Assembly (NCBI GenBank): GCA_964035575.1
Contig: OZ037839.1
Span: 434,001-498,000 of the forward strand
DNA length: 64,000 nucleotides
Reading direction: 5' to 3'
Source: Rhynchopus sp. YZ270_cl-10
Lineage: Eukaryota
The stretch's first letter is position 1. The number at the start of each line of letters is the position of its first letter. Below the pieces are notes generated by a model. That model saw nothing but the letters and a program-made list of their open reading frames with translations. It was not told where the DNA came from and ran no database searches. The position numbers and the translations under genes were made by a program. Below, piece after piece: positions 39,569-50,238 of this stretch.

Positions 39569-40408
39569 AATATAGTGGGAAGTCTTTTGGGAGGTGTGGG
39601 GTGTGATGAAGATTAATTATTGACACAAAATAAGACAAATATCATAAAACCTACTCGAAATTTTCGACGTGATTTTCATTGGACGCGGCCGAATCATTTC
39701 GTTCTGTGTTATTTCCTACCGCAATGTCATATATTCAGCTGTGAAGGCATAACGAAATGGCGGCGGTGCTACGAGCACTAAAATCCGTTCCTCTATTTCG
39801 TGGTTAACATCTGAGGTAAATTCCGGAATAATGCGGAAATTCGGAGACGAGCTTCGCTAGATAAAATGGAGAGAGAAAAAGAGAGGGGGAAAAAAGAGAG
39901 AGAAAAAAACGTCTTTGTTGTTGTTAGCGTAGCGCCAAAAAAAAAAAAGAACTTTTTTTTTAAAAAGATAAATGTTTCTTCACACGATCTACCCAGAAAA
40001 AACGAGAACGATAAAATCTTCATTTGCTTGTTGCTTATGAATACTTGGTTTTGTTTTTTTTTTTTTTTGACAGAAAATTGATTGGAAAGACGCTGGATCT
40101 CAGCGTATATAAAGGGACAAAAGGGAGAAGGAGAGAGGAGTACACTGGCCCAGACGAGACCATCAAAACTACTGTGTTTTTCGTGACCCCCCCCCGCTCC
40201 GCTATTTTCGAAGCGCGTTCGGTAAATTTTTTTTTTTTGGGGGTATAATCAACACCTTCCTGCTTTTTCTGGGGACTCTTTTTTTCTCGTTTCCAAACAG
40301 AAAGCATTTTTTCATCATATGCAATCAATAGATTGATAGCATAGGAGGAGGGATCAAACAATGTTCCCAACTTTCTTTTTTTTCAATGAGAAAAATAAAA
40401 ATAAAGTA

Positions 40409-41114
40409 CTGGGGTGGCGACAGGGGGGGTGTGGAAAAAAATATTCACAAAAAATATTTTCAAATTCTCTCGATCACAAAAATTCACAAAAAATCACGAA
40501 AAATCACAAAAAATCACAAAAGTGTACCGTTTTGGGCTGCTGCAATTGTGCTGTAATTGTGGTGGAATTGTGTTCAGTTGTGCTCAGTTGTTCTCAGTTC
40601 TGCATGTAAGTTTCGCTTAAAATTGAACTTTTTCGGCGTGGCTGCATAACCGATTCCCTACCCTGTTTCTACCAGATGTCATGCCGTTTTGGGGGGCATT
40701 CATGTGTTGTTTGTTGTTGGAAATTTTTGTTTTGTTTTCATTGGTGAAATTTTTAAACATCGGCATTTGCATTTCCGGAATCCGTCTGGCCAGTGGTGGG
40801 GTCAATTTGCCGAAATGGACAAGTTCTCGTTTTTGGTCAATTTCCACAGTATACACAGTTTTCACGGTATACACAGCATACACAGTGCCAGAGTGGGACA
40901 AAAAAAAGCTCATCTCAAAATATGCCGATCACAAAAGATCACAAAAGATCACAAAACATCACAAAAAATCACAAAAAATCGCAAAAAATCACAAAAAATC
41001 GCAAAAAGGTCACAAAAAATCACGACCTGTCGCAAAGAATCACAAAGAAGAAAAATGATTCTTTGTGATTTTTCGTGACTGCCCAGTTCCGACCCCCCTT
41101 GTCGCCACCCCAAG
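40409..41114. mobile_element. TA-flanked MITE-like element with internal ATCACAAAAA tandem arrays
   Basis: CTGGGGTGGCGACAGGGGGG at 40409 and inverted CCCCCCTTGTCGCCACCCCAAG ending 41114, both flanked by TA; 10-mer arrays ~40473-40520 and ~40928-41046. Confidence 0.65.
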
Positions 41115-42327
41115 TACCCCATTTTGAATGCTAAAATGAGAGGCGGGGGCCTGAGTATGCGCACGCCAGCCCACACGTAAGGGGGGCTTTGTGTTAAAGG
41201 AGAGCAACAAAAAACGTATGGGAAAAAAAAGATGGAGCCCCCTACAATAGCCTGCCATTCATTTGCACAGCCGTATATTTTTTTGTTTCGTGGCTGGAAC
41301 TGAGGAGGTAAAGCTTGTGTATTGGGGGTAAAGGGGGGGAGGAGGGGGATTCGTATGTTCTTTCTTCACCACAAAAAGGAAGACGCAAGTGCACAAATAA
41401 AAAGGGTGCAGTTGAAAATGGAAAAAAAAAAGACACCCATTTTAACGAGAGTACTCGATAGACGGGTGCGGGCAGAAAGGGAGGAAACAGAAAAAAAAAC
41501 AGAGAAAAAATCCCACTTTTTTTGTCAAAAAAAGAAAAAAGGAAGAAGAGGGATTGATGAGTGTACACACACATACAGTAAACCAAAAAGAGAACTTGAC
41601 GTCTTAAATAATTTTGGCGGATTTTGAGGGGGTTTTTTTTGGCGTCTTTTTTTTTTGGATGCCATCTGGACTAAAATTCCGCGTAAGCATATTTTGCGAT
41701 AAACTGATTTGAACACAAAGACACACACGTAGAGGATATGTGGAAACTGTTCGCACACGCCTGTCAATTTCCCGCCCTTTTTTTTCCCTTTTCTTTGTAA
41801 AGGCCTCGCTCACAACTAATTTACCAACAATGTCTTCACCCTATACATACAGGGGTGATGTTCCGTAACGCTTAAAACATGATGTCAAAAAAGCAAAAAA
41901 GCAAAAAACAAAAAAAAAGACCGCCCTTCTACAGCACAGTGGAAGTGACATCCTCAACCGGTCCCCCACTCTCCGTAAAAGTGGAGAGGTGACGAGACCG
42001 CTATATAAAAATATTAGCTTCATATCCAACGAGAAGGTACGTGTTTTTTTGTTTTTTTTAAAGTCACCAACGTATGATGCAATGAGGGCAGCATGTTCAC
42101 TACCATGTTATGTGTGTGCAATTTTCATGCATGTATCTACTGACAAACTACTTATTATGAGTTACTATTTTTTTAGGAAAAAAAACTTAGTTTTGGATTT
42201 GGTGGTCCACATTCACGAGGATGTGCTCCACAGTGCTTTAAAAATCATTCCCCCCTCCCCCCGGGCCTCCCCCCCGCCTTCTTTTCGGTCTTGTGGATGA
42301 CACAAACCCTCTCACGGTTTACCCCTT

Positions 42328-44290
42328 TCACTGCCGGTCTGCCTTCACCTTACGTGCTTTCTTCGATATTTGTGAGGACATGATTTCTTGCAGCTTGTCG
42401 CGGAGCCTGTTGTAATGAAATATATTGGGATTTTCAATCTTAACGTGCGTTGACATAGTGCGTGGGGGGAACAAAACATACATGAATTCAAGAGACGCCA
42501 CCAGGACAGAGCGAAGCAGAGACAGGCCCACACCCTTGAACATTCCTCCCCAGCCTTCCTCGCGAAGAACCTGTAAAGAAGCAGTGGATACAATATGCTA
42601 CGATGACAAATTTCAAATAATAAAAGATTCCTTGAAATACAACAGCCCCTCTCGGTGACAGCGTACCTTTGGTACAATGACCGGCAGTATGGGCTGCATG
42701 GTTGAGGGGCGCACCCCAACCATGCAGTCCTACACCCATTTTCGTGGTTTACATCTGAAAAACGAAAACGCCACAACCCCCGAACATAAAGAGCCTCCTT
42801 GCGCTGAGATTCACATTTTTTGCTCCATTTATTTAGAGCTCTCTCAGCAAATACAGGACAAAACCCCCCTCCCTCCCTCCCTTCCCCTCCCCTTCCCCCT
42901 GCTCAAAAAAACTCCCCCCACATACAATAGCAAAGGTCATCAAGAGGGACGGATACTTCGCTTTGCCGAAGAGACCCATTCTGATTTTTGCCATGAGAAG
43001 CGGGAAGGTTAGCGCACTTGCGGTCGCCTTCGCCATCGCCCCGATGACGAGAGTCTCGAAGGGCGTCAGCTTGGGCGTGAGGTCGCCCTCCTTCTCCTGC
43101 TTGCGGCGCAGGTATTTGCACTTCAACTCATCGAAGAGATAGAAGGTGATGCAGGGGTTGATGCTGAGCAGCAGCGTCGGCCCCATACCGTTCCACAGCG
43201 AGAAGAACCCCTCCTCACGCACGATCTTTACAAGCATCCCGAGGGGTCCGTAGTCCTCCCCGCCCTTGCCCTGAAGGCGGTACGAAATCGTGTTGAGCGG
43301 GTTGACAATGACACCCGCATAGCATCCGGCCACAACACCCAAGGTCAGCCGCGTCACGTCGCTGAGTGCGCTCGTCCCCTCCCCCTTGAAGACAGCAACC
43401 AGCTTGTCGTACGCAGAATGGTATGACGCGTTCTGCACGGTGTGCTGCACGGCCGAAGATGCCCAGCCCTTGTAGCACGCCCCAATCCCTTCTTGGGTGG
43501 CCATCTTCACGACAACGCCGAGGCCGTGCATGATGTCACCTCGCCCTTCAGTTTGCAGCTTTGTCCGCGCAACGTCCAGAGGGAAGGCAAGGGTCATCGA
43601 TGCTGTGAGGGGGGTGGGGGTGATGGGAACATTCGTATCAGAACACTGTCAGTTTATTGCTTTTTTTAATTTTTTCTATTTTTTTGTCATACCAAGCCCG
43701 CTGATTGCCGCAAGGAGGGTTTTGTATTTTTGCATTTGTTTGTCAGAGTCTGCGTCGTCATCGAAGACTTCTGGCGCTTCAGCGTTAAGGTGCTCTACAA
43801 GACGGACGAGACGTGCAGATTGGGACCTACGGACATGCGAGCGCAGGGCTCGCGAGAGGTTGCTGGTCACTGCTCTGAGGAGCTCGGTGTCTGCAAGCAG
43901 GATGTCGTCAAGCGCCTTCCGCTGCAAGGACACACAAAGCGCGTGGTCGGACTCCACCAGCACCGTCGACGACGCCTGATCGCTGCAAATCATATGCAGC
44001 TGACCAATCTGACCACCACGCGCAATCGTCTCCACCACGTCTTTGCCGTGGAACTTCGAGAGACGTCCGTCCAACACGTAGTACACGGCGTCGACCACAC
44101 TGCGCTCTTTCTGCACCACAGTGGCGTGGGGCATCTCCACGATGGCAGTTGCCTCTGCCACTGCAAGCAGCTGCTGCTTTGTCAAGAACCCCTTCGGTGC
44201 AACGTGGAACAGATGCATGGTCTCAAGCCCCTTCAGGATGTCTTGTCTAATGTCATCGCACAGCGCCGGCCATTTCGTCTCGGTTGCCAT
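42328..44290 (-). CDS. cNMP-binding-like (CAP_ED) domain fused to mitochondrial carrier family (SLC25, peroxisomal PMP34/ANT1-like) transporter; 4 exons, 480 aa
   Basis: Exons 43693-44290, 42926-43602, 42482-42570, 42328-42406 total 1443 nt; three GTATG...CAG introns. Carrier signature positions FPLDVARTKLQ, NPLNTISYRLQ, FPLLMAKIRM with EG...(Y/W/F)(K/N)G motifs. N-domain has YYVLDGRL...GGQIGQL...ASSTV...LQRKAL. Confidence 0.82.
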
Positions 44291-44800
44291 TTTTTTTTTG
44301 TGTTGTTTCGTTGTATCTCTGATGTGAAGAGGATCATACGGGGTGAAATCTTAACGTACACTCTCTGTTGATTCTAAAACGGGGAAGGGTAAAAAAGCGC
44401 GAAAGGTAAATTGGAGAAGAGGTTGAACAGTTGGAACGCTTCCTCACCCCCCAGATCACACAGGGGTGAAAACAAAGTTGACTTGAAATACAATAGCTCT
44501 CATGACAAATGTATGTACCTGAGGGTGGAGCCCCGGACCATGCAGTACATCCATTTCGAAGCAATCTTAGTGTTCTCGTTGGTTGTTCGCACCCCCCGCA
44601 ATCAATGAAATGAGAACAAATGAAAAGTTTCTAAGATGATTCTAAGCCTCTCGTGCTTAGTCACCTAAATAAAAAGGGAGGGGTTGTGGTGACGCAGAAC
44701 CCCACCTCGACCTGTCGGTGAAGTGTGGCTTTGCCCTAACCCGACCCAGATGTAGGAATTTTTTAAAAAAGTAGGGTGGTGCAGGAAAAATGGTTGGTTC

Positions 44801-45583
44801 TCATCTTTTACCCCCATATATAGCTACTCTGCTGCGTACAACGTTGCTGCACTTATCCTTACCGTGTACAGTCTGTAGTGCAGGACAACGGGAGAGGAAG
44901 TGGTCACCTATCGTGGTGACTGCTTGCAGGCCTGACAGGTCCACGGTGGATAACCTTGCGCACTCAGAGAGGAAGTAGTCACCAATCGTGGTGACTGCCT
45001 GCAGGCCTGACAGGTACACAGTGGATAACCTTTCGCAGTCGGTGAGGAAGTACTCACCGATCGTGGTGACTGCTTGCAGGCCTGACAGGTCCACGGTGGA
45101 TAACCCTGCGCAGCTGCAGAGGAAACTGTGCCCAATGGCGGTGACACAGGTCAATGCAGGGAGGTGCAGTGTGGTGCCACAGCTGTCATCCACATCGGAC
45201 ACACAACTGGACACAATACGCGTTACTGCATTACATGCAAAGAAGCCATCTGGAATCGCAGTCACAACTTCTGCCTGAAGGAGCAAGCTCGCCACCCCCG
45301 GATCCTCCACCTGCTGCAACGTTTCTGCTGTGATGTTTGTCTCACCCAATGCATGAAGAGCTGTCATGGCTTCGAACTTCGGCGTCTTCGTCAACACGAC
45401 TTTCTCACCAGCACTCAGTTCTCTGATGCCCTCTCCTTCCTCCTTCCCTCCAAAACCCATATGAAAGCTGTCTTCGCACAACCCTTCTGCAGACGCCATC
45501 TTCTGCCGCATGGTCGCCGTTGTGTCATCCTCACCCACCTCGACCACGTACTCCTTGCTGAAACCCTGTACGACCAGTTCCAT
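44801..45583 (-). CDS. UBL + short LRR protein (third family member, no CaaX)
   Basis: Same UBL header (GLCEDSFHMGFGGKEEGE); three near-identical 75-nt LRR units LSTVDLSGLQAVTTIG. Confidence 0.85.
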   Translation of the reverse strand: MELVVQGFSKEYVVEVGEDDTTATMRQKMASAEGLCEDSFHMGFGGKEEGEGIRELSAGEKVVLTKTPKFEAMTALHALGETNITAETLQQVEDPGVASLLLQAEVVTAIPDGFFACNAVTRIVSSCVSDVDDSCGTTLHLPALTCVTAIGHSFLCSCAGLSTVDLSGLQAVTTIGEYFLTDCERLSTVYLSGLQAVTTIGDYFLSECARLSTVDLSGLQAVTTIGDHFLSRCPALQTVHGKDKCSNVVRSRVAIYGGKR

Positions 45584-46960
45584 TGTGTATGTGGGTTTCT
45601 TTTGAGAAAGTATCTGGTGTTGTTTGGGTGTTGTTTGGTGTTGGTGAGGTTGTGTGAGGATGGATCACTGGGAAGTGGAGGGAAGGAGGTATAAAAACAG
45701 AGCACACAGCATTGTCCAGATGTTGTGCATTCAAACCATATCTCCATTGTGTGGTCACTGTCTGAGAGGGGGCGGTGTGAGAAGCAGGGTGTCAGTATGT
45801 TGAGTGGATGGGGGATGTTTGAGTGAATGGAACAAAGGTTGCTTTTGTAAGATGAATGTGCACCCGCTAGAAAGTGGTTTCTGGGGTGGTTGTGGTCACA
45901 AAAATTGCCCCTAATTTTTGAAAACAGACAAGGCCCGCTTGAAAAGATCCAAACTTCTTATAACACCATGGAGGGGCGAGAAGTGTCTTTGCAACTCTTA
46001 GTTGTCTGAGGGGAGGGGAGGGGTGTTTGCTTGCAGTGAAGGTAACGAGGTGTTTTTTTTTTTTTTTTTTGAAGGGGAGGTACCAGTGTTTCCGCGTTCT
46101 TCCGGTGTTTTTCAGGGAGGTGGTCTCTCTTGCTCTGTATGTTTTTTTTTGCCGGAAAAAAAAAAGGCAGATTTTTTGTTTTGTGTTGCTGCGAGCTTTT
46201 GGTTTAAGGACAAGTAGATTGCATGTACATTATTGGAGTAAGAAACTTGCCATCTGACAGAGTCTCTTTTGGCTAGCACTCCTTGGAAACAGAAAAAGCG
46301 TGGAGTTCACACAGGGTGTCCACACGCTGTCAATTATTTTTTCCTGAAAAAAATATAATTTTGTCAAGATGTACCTAAGCCTCTCTGTGCTTACGTCACC
46401 TTGATCAGAATCGTTATCGCACAGCATCAGCTGTGTGAAATAGGCAAAACTATATATTTTTTCTTCAAAACTTCCAGACGTCCAACAAAAAAGTGTTTAA
46501 CGTTGGTGAAAAACATTGGTGGGTTTGAGGGCTAAAAATAATTTGAAAATTTAATACAAATCCTTCGCGTTGGCAGTGTGGCTAAAACTAAAAGAGAAAA
46601 ACCACGATAAAAAAAAAGGGAAGGGAACATGTGTACGGGTAAGGATGTATGGTGCAGTGTGCATTCTGTTGTGTGGAGTAGAAGATGCACTCCCTCTCAT
46701 AAAAGGATTCAAACTTGAAGCACAAACACCCACGTGGAAAGTTAATGAAGGTGAACTGCCAACCAACTGTTGACAACGATCGCACAGCATCAGCTGTGTG
46801 GTGTTGCACAAGGGAAAAGGTGCAAGTCTAAAAACTACTTTCCAAAGAAGAGAATATACAGCATCAGATGCACAGCTTTGCATAGGGAACGCAACTCTAA
46901 TACGTTGGTGATGTTCAAAGCTACCTACACTGCGTGGGGTTCGGTATTTTTTTTGTCTTT

Positions 46961-49507
46961 TCACAGATGTCTGACGTCCAGCTCTGTGAGAAGCTTGTCC
47001 GGCTCTGTCTCGTGCAGTGCAGATGCCACCACGAGGCTGGAGGCTTGCACCGCAGCAATGGGGTTCACGTTCTCCTGCACAAGTGTGTCCATGAGTGTTT
47101 CACCAAAGCTGTGTGTCGAGGCAACAACAACGTGCATATCTGCGGTAAGTGGAAGCAGACCGGAGCGTGTCAGTGAGTCCAGCAACCCAAATGCCTTTCC
47201 TCGGGCATCCGTCTGACCCTCCTTCCGCAGCCAGGTGACATCACTGGTGCCAAGCAAGCCCTGCTGGAAGGTGCGTTTCCACCCGTCACCCACTTTCACA
47301 ATGGTTGGACGCACGTCGTCAACCCCCAAGGCTTGCATGCTGCGCTCCAGAATGTGCGGAAAGGTGCTCACGCTGAGTGCGGTGCCGACAGTGCTTGGTG
47401 CAGGCGAATGCGGCTGTGTGGGGGTCGTGGGGGTTGTTGTGTCCGGGTCGCCTCTCACTGCACACGTCGACAGGCACTCCAGAACACAATCATCTTCGTC
47501 GAAAAGAGACGCCTTCAGTTGACTGAATTTGGACGCTACCGGCATGGACTTTATCGTATCCTCATCCTCATCCTCATCATCCTCCTCCTTGCTCAGGAAA
47601 GCCTTCTTTCTGTGTGCCTCAGACACCTCCTCCTCCTTAGCTTTGGAAAGCATCTGCTTCACAACATCCACATGGTGCTTCACCTGTGCAACACGATCCG
47701 ACTGCTCCATCTTCTTCTTCGACTGTGTGTCCTGCGACAGCAGGTCGCTCCGGATGTTGTACACAAGAAACAGGTCGAGGAGGTCCTGTGTCAGCTGGAT
47801 CTCCTTCGTCAGGCTGCCCTCAGGCAGCTGCAGGACACGCTCGAGGTGTGGCTTGACCTGCACGACGCACATCCCAAACAGCGTCGACTCCATCTGCATG
47901 CTGCGGTAGGCTTCGGCAAAGGCACGCTGCTCTGGCGACAGGCCCTCGACAGCCTTCGCAAACTCTTTCTTGCTGGGAATCGTCTCCAGGAGCAAAGGGA
48001 TGTCGAAGACGTCACGGTTCTGCACAATGAGCGCATGCTTCGGGCGGAACGCATCGTCGCCACTGACAGTGCCCAGGAGCACCACAAAGGCACTGAACTG
48101 CTGTGCCTCTGCCCGCAGATGCACATGGTCTGCAATGTTCCCACTGCCCCCGCCAAACTGATGGTCCACGAACGTGTGGAGGTGCAACTGTGCTTGCAGG
48201 GTTGCTTCCGTTGTGGCGTTCAGGTCAAACCGCATCACAGCAGAGCCCAGGGAGCGCGAAAACGTCGGAACAGGCAGGTTGTCAAAGCGTGTGTCCTGTA
48301 TGATGATGCTGCCCTCAGGGTTCAGGTTGCCGTGCCGCACGGAGACAGCGAGACCACGTGGCACGAAGGCGCGCTGCAGGTGTTTCCGCATGTGGAAGCC
48401 CATGTACTCGGCAAAGTCGGCAGTCGAGACCTCCTTCCCCACAGCCGTCGTGAGCTGCTCGCGGAGGAGTGCCTCCACGTAGGCCACACTGCGCGAGTAC
48501 GAGTCGCACATCCGCTCAAGGTGCTGCACCACAAGCAACACACCTGCCTCCTTCCCGGACCCCAGAGACCCCGCATGCTCCAGTGCGCCCAGTGCAGCAA
48601 CACGGCTGCGCAGTGCACGTGCCTGCTCTTCGACAAGCAAACCCAACTCATCCGTCTGCAGCAGTGCACCCTCACCATTGCCGTCCACTTCCACCATCAG
48701 CGGAACCGGCGCAACGACCAGCTCCTCCGCATTCGTATCGAAGCTTCCGTGCGCAGTGGCACCTTGCGCAGCAAGCACGCCTTTCATCTCATTGCGCATA
48801 GTTGTTGCAAAATGCGCAAGATCGGCAAAGAAGGTCTTCGCCTCATCGACGTCCTTGTTCCTGCATGCAGTGCGGCATGTGTCCAGGTCGCGGTTGATGC
48901 GGAAGTGCATGCCCCCCTTCGTGTGCACAGTGCTGTACTGCTGCAGCAGCCACGTCAGGTCCAAGGCAGCCAGCACCCTTTGCTCCGTTGTTGCGAACGG
49001 TGCCTGCTTCGTCCGAGTCAGCACCTCGGCAGACCGCTTGCGCACAACCGTCGTGTGGTCTTTCCCGTTCCCATTCCCACACTTCAGTGAAAACTCGTAC
49101 GTATACTCCACGTTCCAGACGTACTCCCGCACGGTCGTCTTTTCCGCAAACATGTACATCCGACCGGGTGTCCCAGACTTCTCCGTCCTCTCTTGCTCGC
49201 GGAGGAACGTGCAGGTCGCCTGCCCACGCCCCACCAGCGCCGCAGTCGCGTCCACATCGACAGTCTGTTCCACCAATGTGCGGAGCTCTGCCTCCCCCAG
49301 GTTCCCCTCCACAAGCAAATCCAGGCCCTGCAGTGCTGCAAGCCCACCCATGCGCGTCACCCCCTCAACGAGACAGTACTTATCTTCAAATGTGTTCGCC
49401 ACCTCCCCAGCCAGCACAGGGTGTCTGTGCGCCTTCAGCACACTCCGTGCATGGCCAATACCTTGGCTCAAACGCTTTCCCAACTGACTGTACCGCAGGC
49501 CCAACAT
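46961..49507 (-). CDS. Hypothetical protein, 848 aa, copy 1
   Basis: Long ATG ORF with globular-looking composition, same strand as neighbours; no family recognised. Confidence 0.8.
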   Translation of the reverse strand: MLGLRYSQLGKRLSQGIGHARSVLKAHRHPVLAGEVANTFEDKYCLVEGVTRMGGLAALQGLDLLVEGNLGEAELRTLVEQTVDVDATAALVGRGQATCTFLREQERTEKSGTPGRMYMFAEKTTVREYVWNVEYTYEFSLKCGNGNGKDHTTVVRKRSAEVLTRTKQAPFATTEQRVLAALDLTWLLQQYSTVHTKGGMHFRINRDLDTCRTACRNKDVDEAKTFFADLAHFATTMRNEMKGVLAAQGATAHGSFDTNAEELVVAPVPLMVEVDGNGEGALLQTDELGLLVEEQARALRSRVAALGALEHAGSLGSGKEAGVLLVVQHLERMCDSYSRSVAYVEALLREQLTTAVGKEVSTADFAEYMGFHMRKHLQRAFVPRGLAVSVRHGNLNPEGSIIIQDTRFDNLPVPTFSRSLGSAVMRFDLNATTEATLQAQLHLHTFVDHQFGGGSGNIADHVHLRAEAQQFSAFVVLLGTVSGDDAFRPKHALIVQNRDVFDIPLLLETIPSKKEFAKAVEGLSPEQRAFAEAYRSMQMESTLFGMCVVQVKPHLERVLQLPEGSLTKEIQLTQDLLDLFLVYNIRSDLLSQDTQSKKKMEQSDRVAQVKHHVDVVKQMLSKAKEEEVSEAHRKKAFLSKEEDDEDEDEDTIKSMPVASKFSQLKASLFDEDDCVLECLSTCAVRGDPDTTTPTTPTQPHSPAPSTVGTALSVSTFPHILERSMQALGVDDVRPTIVKVGDGWKRTFQQGLLGTSDVTWLRKEGQTDARGKAFGLLDSLTRSGLLPLTADMHVVVASTHSFGETLMDTLVQENVNPIAAVQASSLVVASALHETEPDKLLTELDVRHL

Positions 49508-50238
49508 GGTGTCGTGTGTAACAAGATGTTCTGTGTGGGGGTTTGTGTTTTGTTAAAACGGCACTTTGTGCAGGACCTTTTCCATTAGTACAATTGACAT
49601 GGTATTCTGCAGCTACTCCTCCTGGATCCGTAAAACAACCCACGCTCAAAGCTGCTGAGTCGAACAAAGAGAGAAGACATTCCACCACCCGCACATGTGT
49701 GACACTTTGCTGCAACTGTGTGCTGTTACTGCATGCTGTGCCAGTAAAAAAATAGGCGGGTATGCGTCCAATGAAAATCACGTCAGTAGAAAAGTTCGAG
49801 AATGTAGGTTTTATTGCTTTTTGTTTTGTGTTGCCGTTAGCTATAGGTTTAAGGACAAGTAGATTGCATGTACATTTTTGGAGTAAGAAACTTACTAACT
49901 GACAGAGTCTCTTTTGGCTAGCGCTCCTTGGAAACAGAAAAAGCGTGGAGTTCACACAGGGTGTCTACACGCTGTCAATTATTTTCAGAAAAAGTATAAT
50001 TTTGTCAAAATGTACCTAAGCCTCTCTGTGCTTACGTCACTTTGAATAGAATCGTTATCGCACAGCATCAGCTGTGTGGTGTTGCACAAGGGAAAAGGTG
50101 CAAGTCTAAAAACTACTTTCCAAAGAAGAGAATATACAGCATCAGATGCACAGCTTTGCATAGGGAACGCAACTCTAATACGTTGGTGATGTTCAAAGCT
50201 ACCTACACTGCGTGGGGTTCGGTATTTTTTTTGTCTTT

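Noticed and set aside
47333..49090. 585-aa plus-strand ORF (and its copies) and other long antisense ORFs
   Set aside because: They are shadows of GC-rich minus-strand genes with no recognisable motifs.
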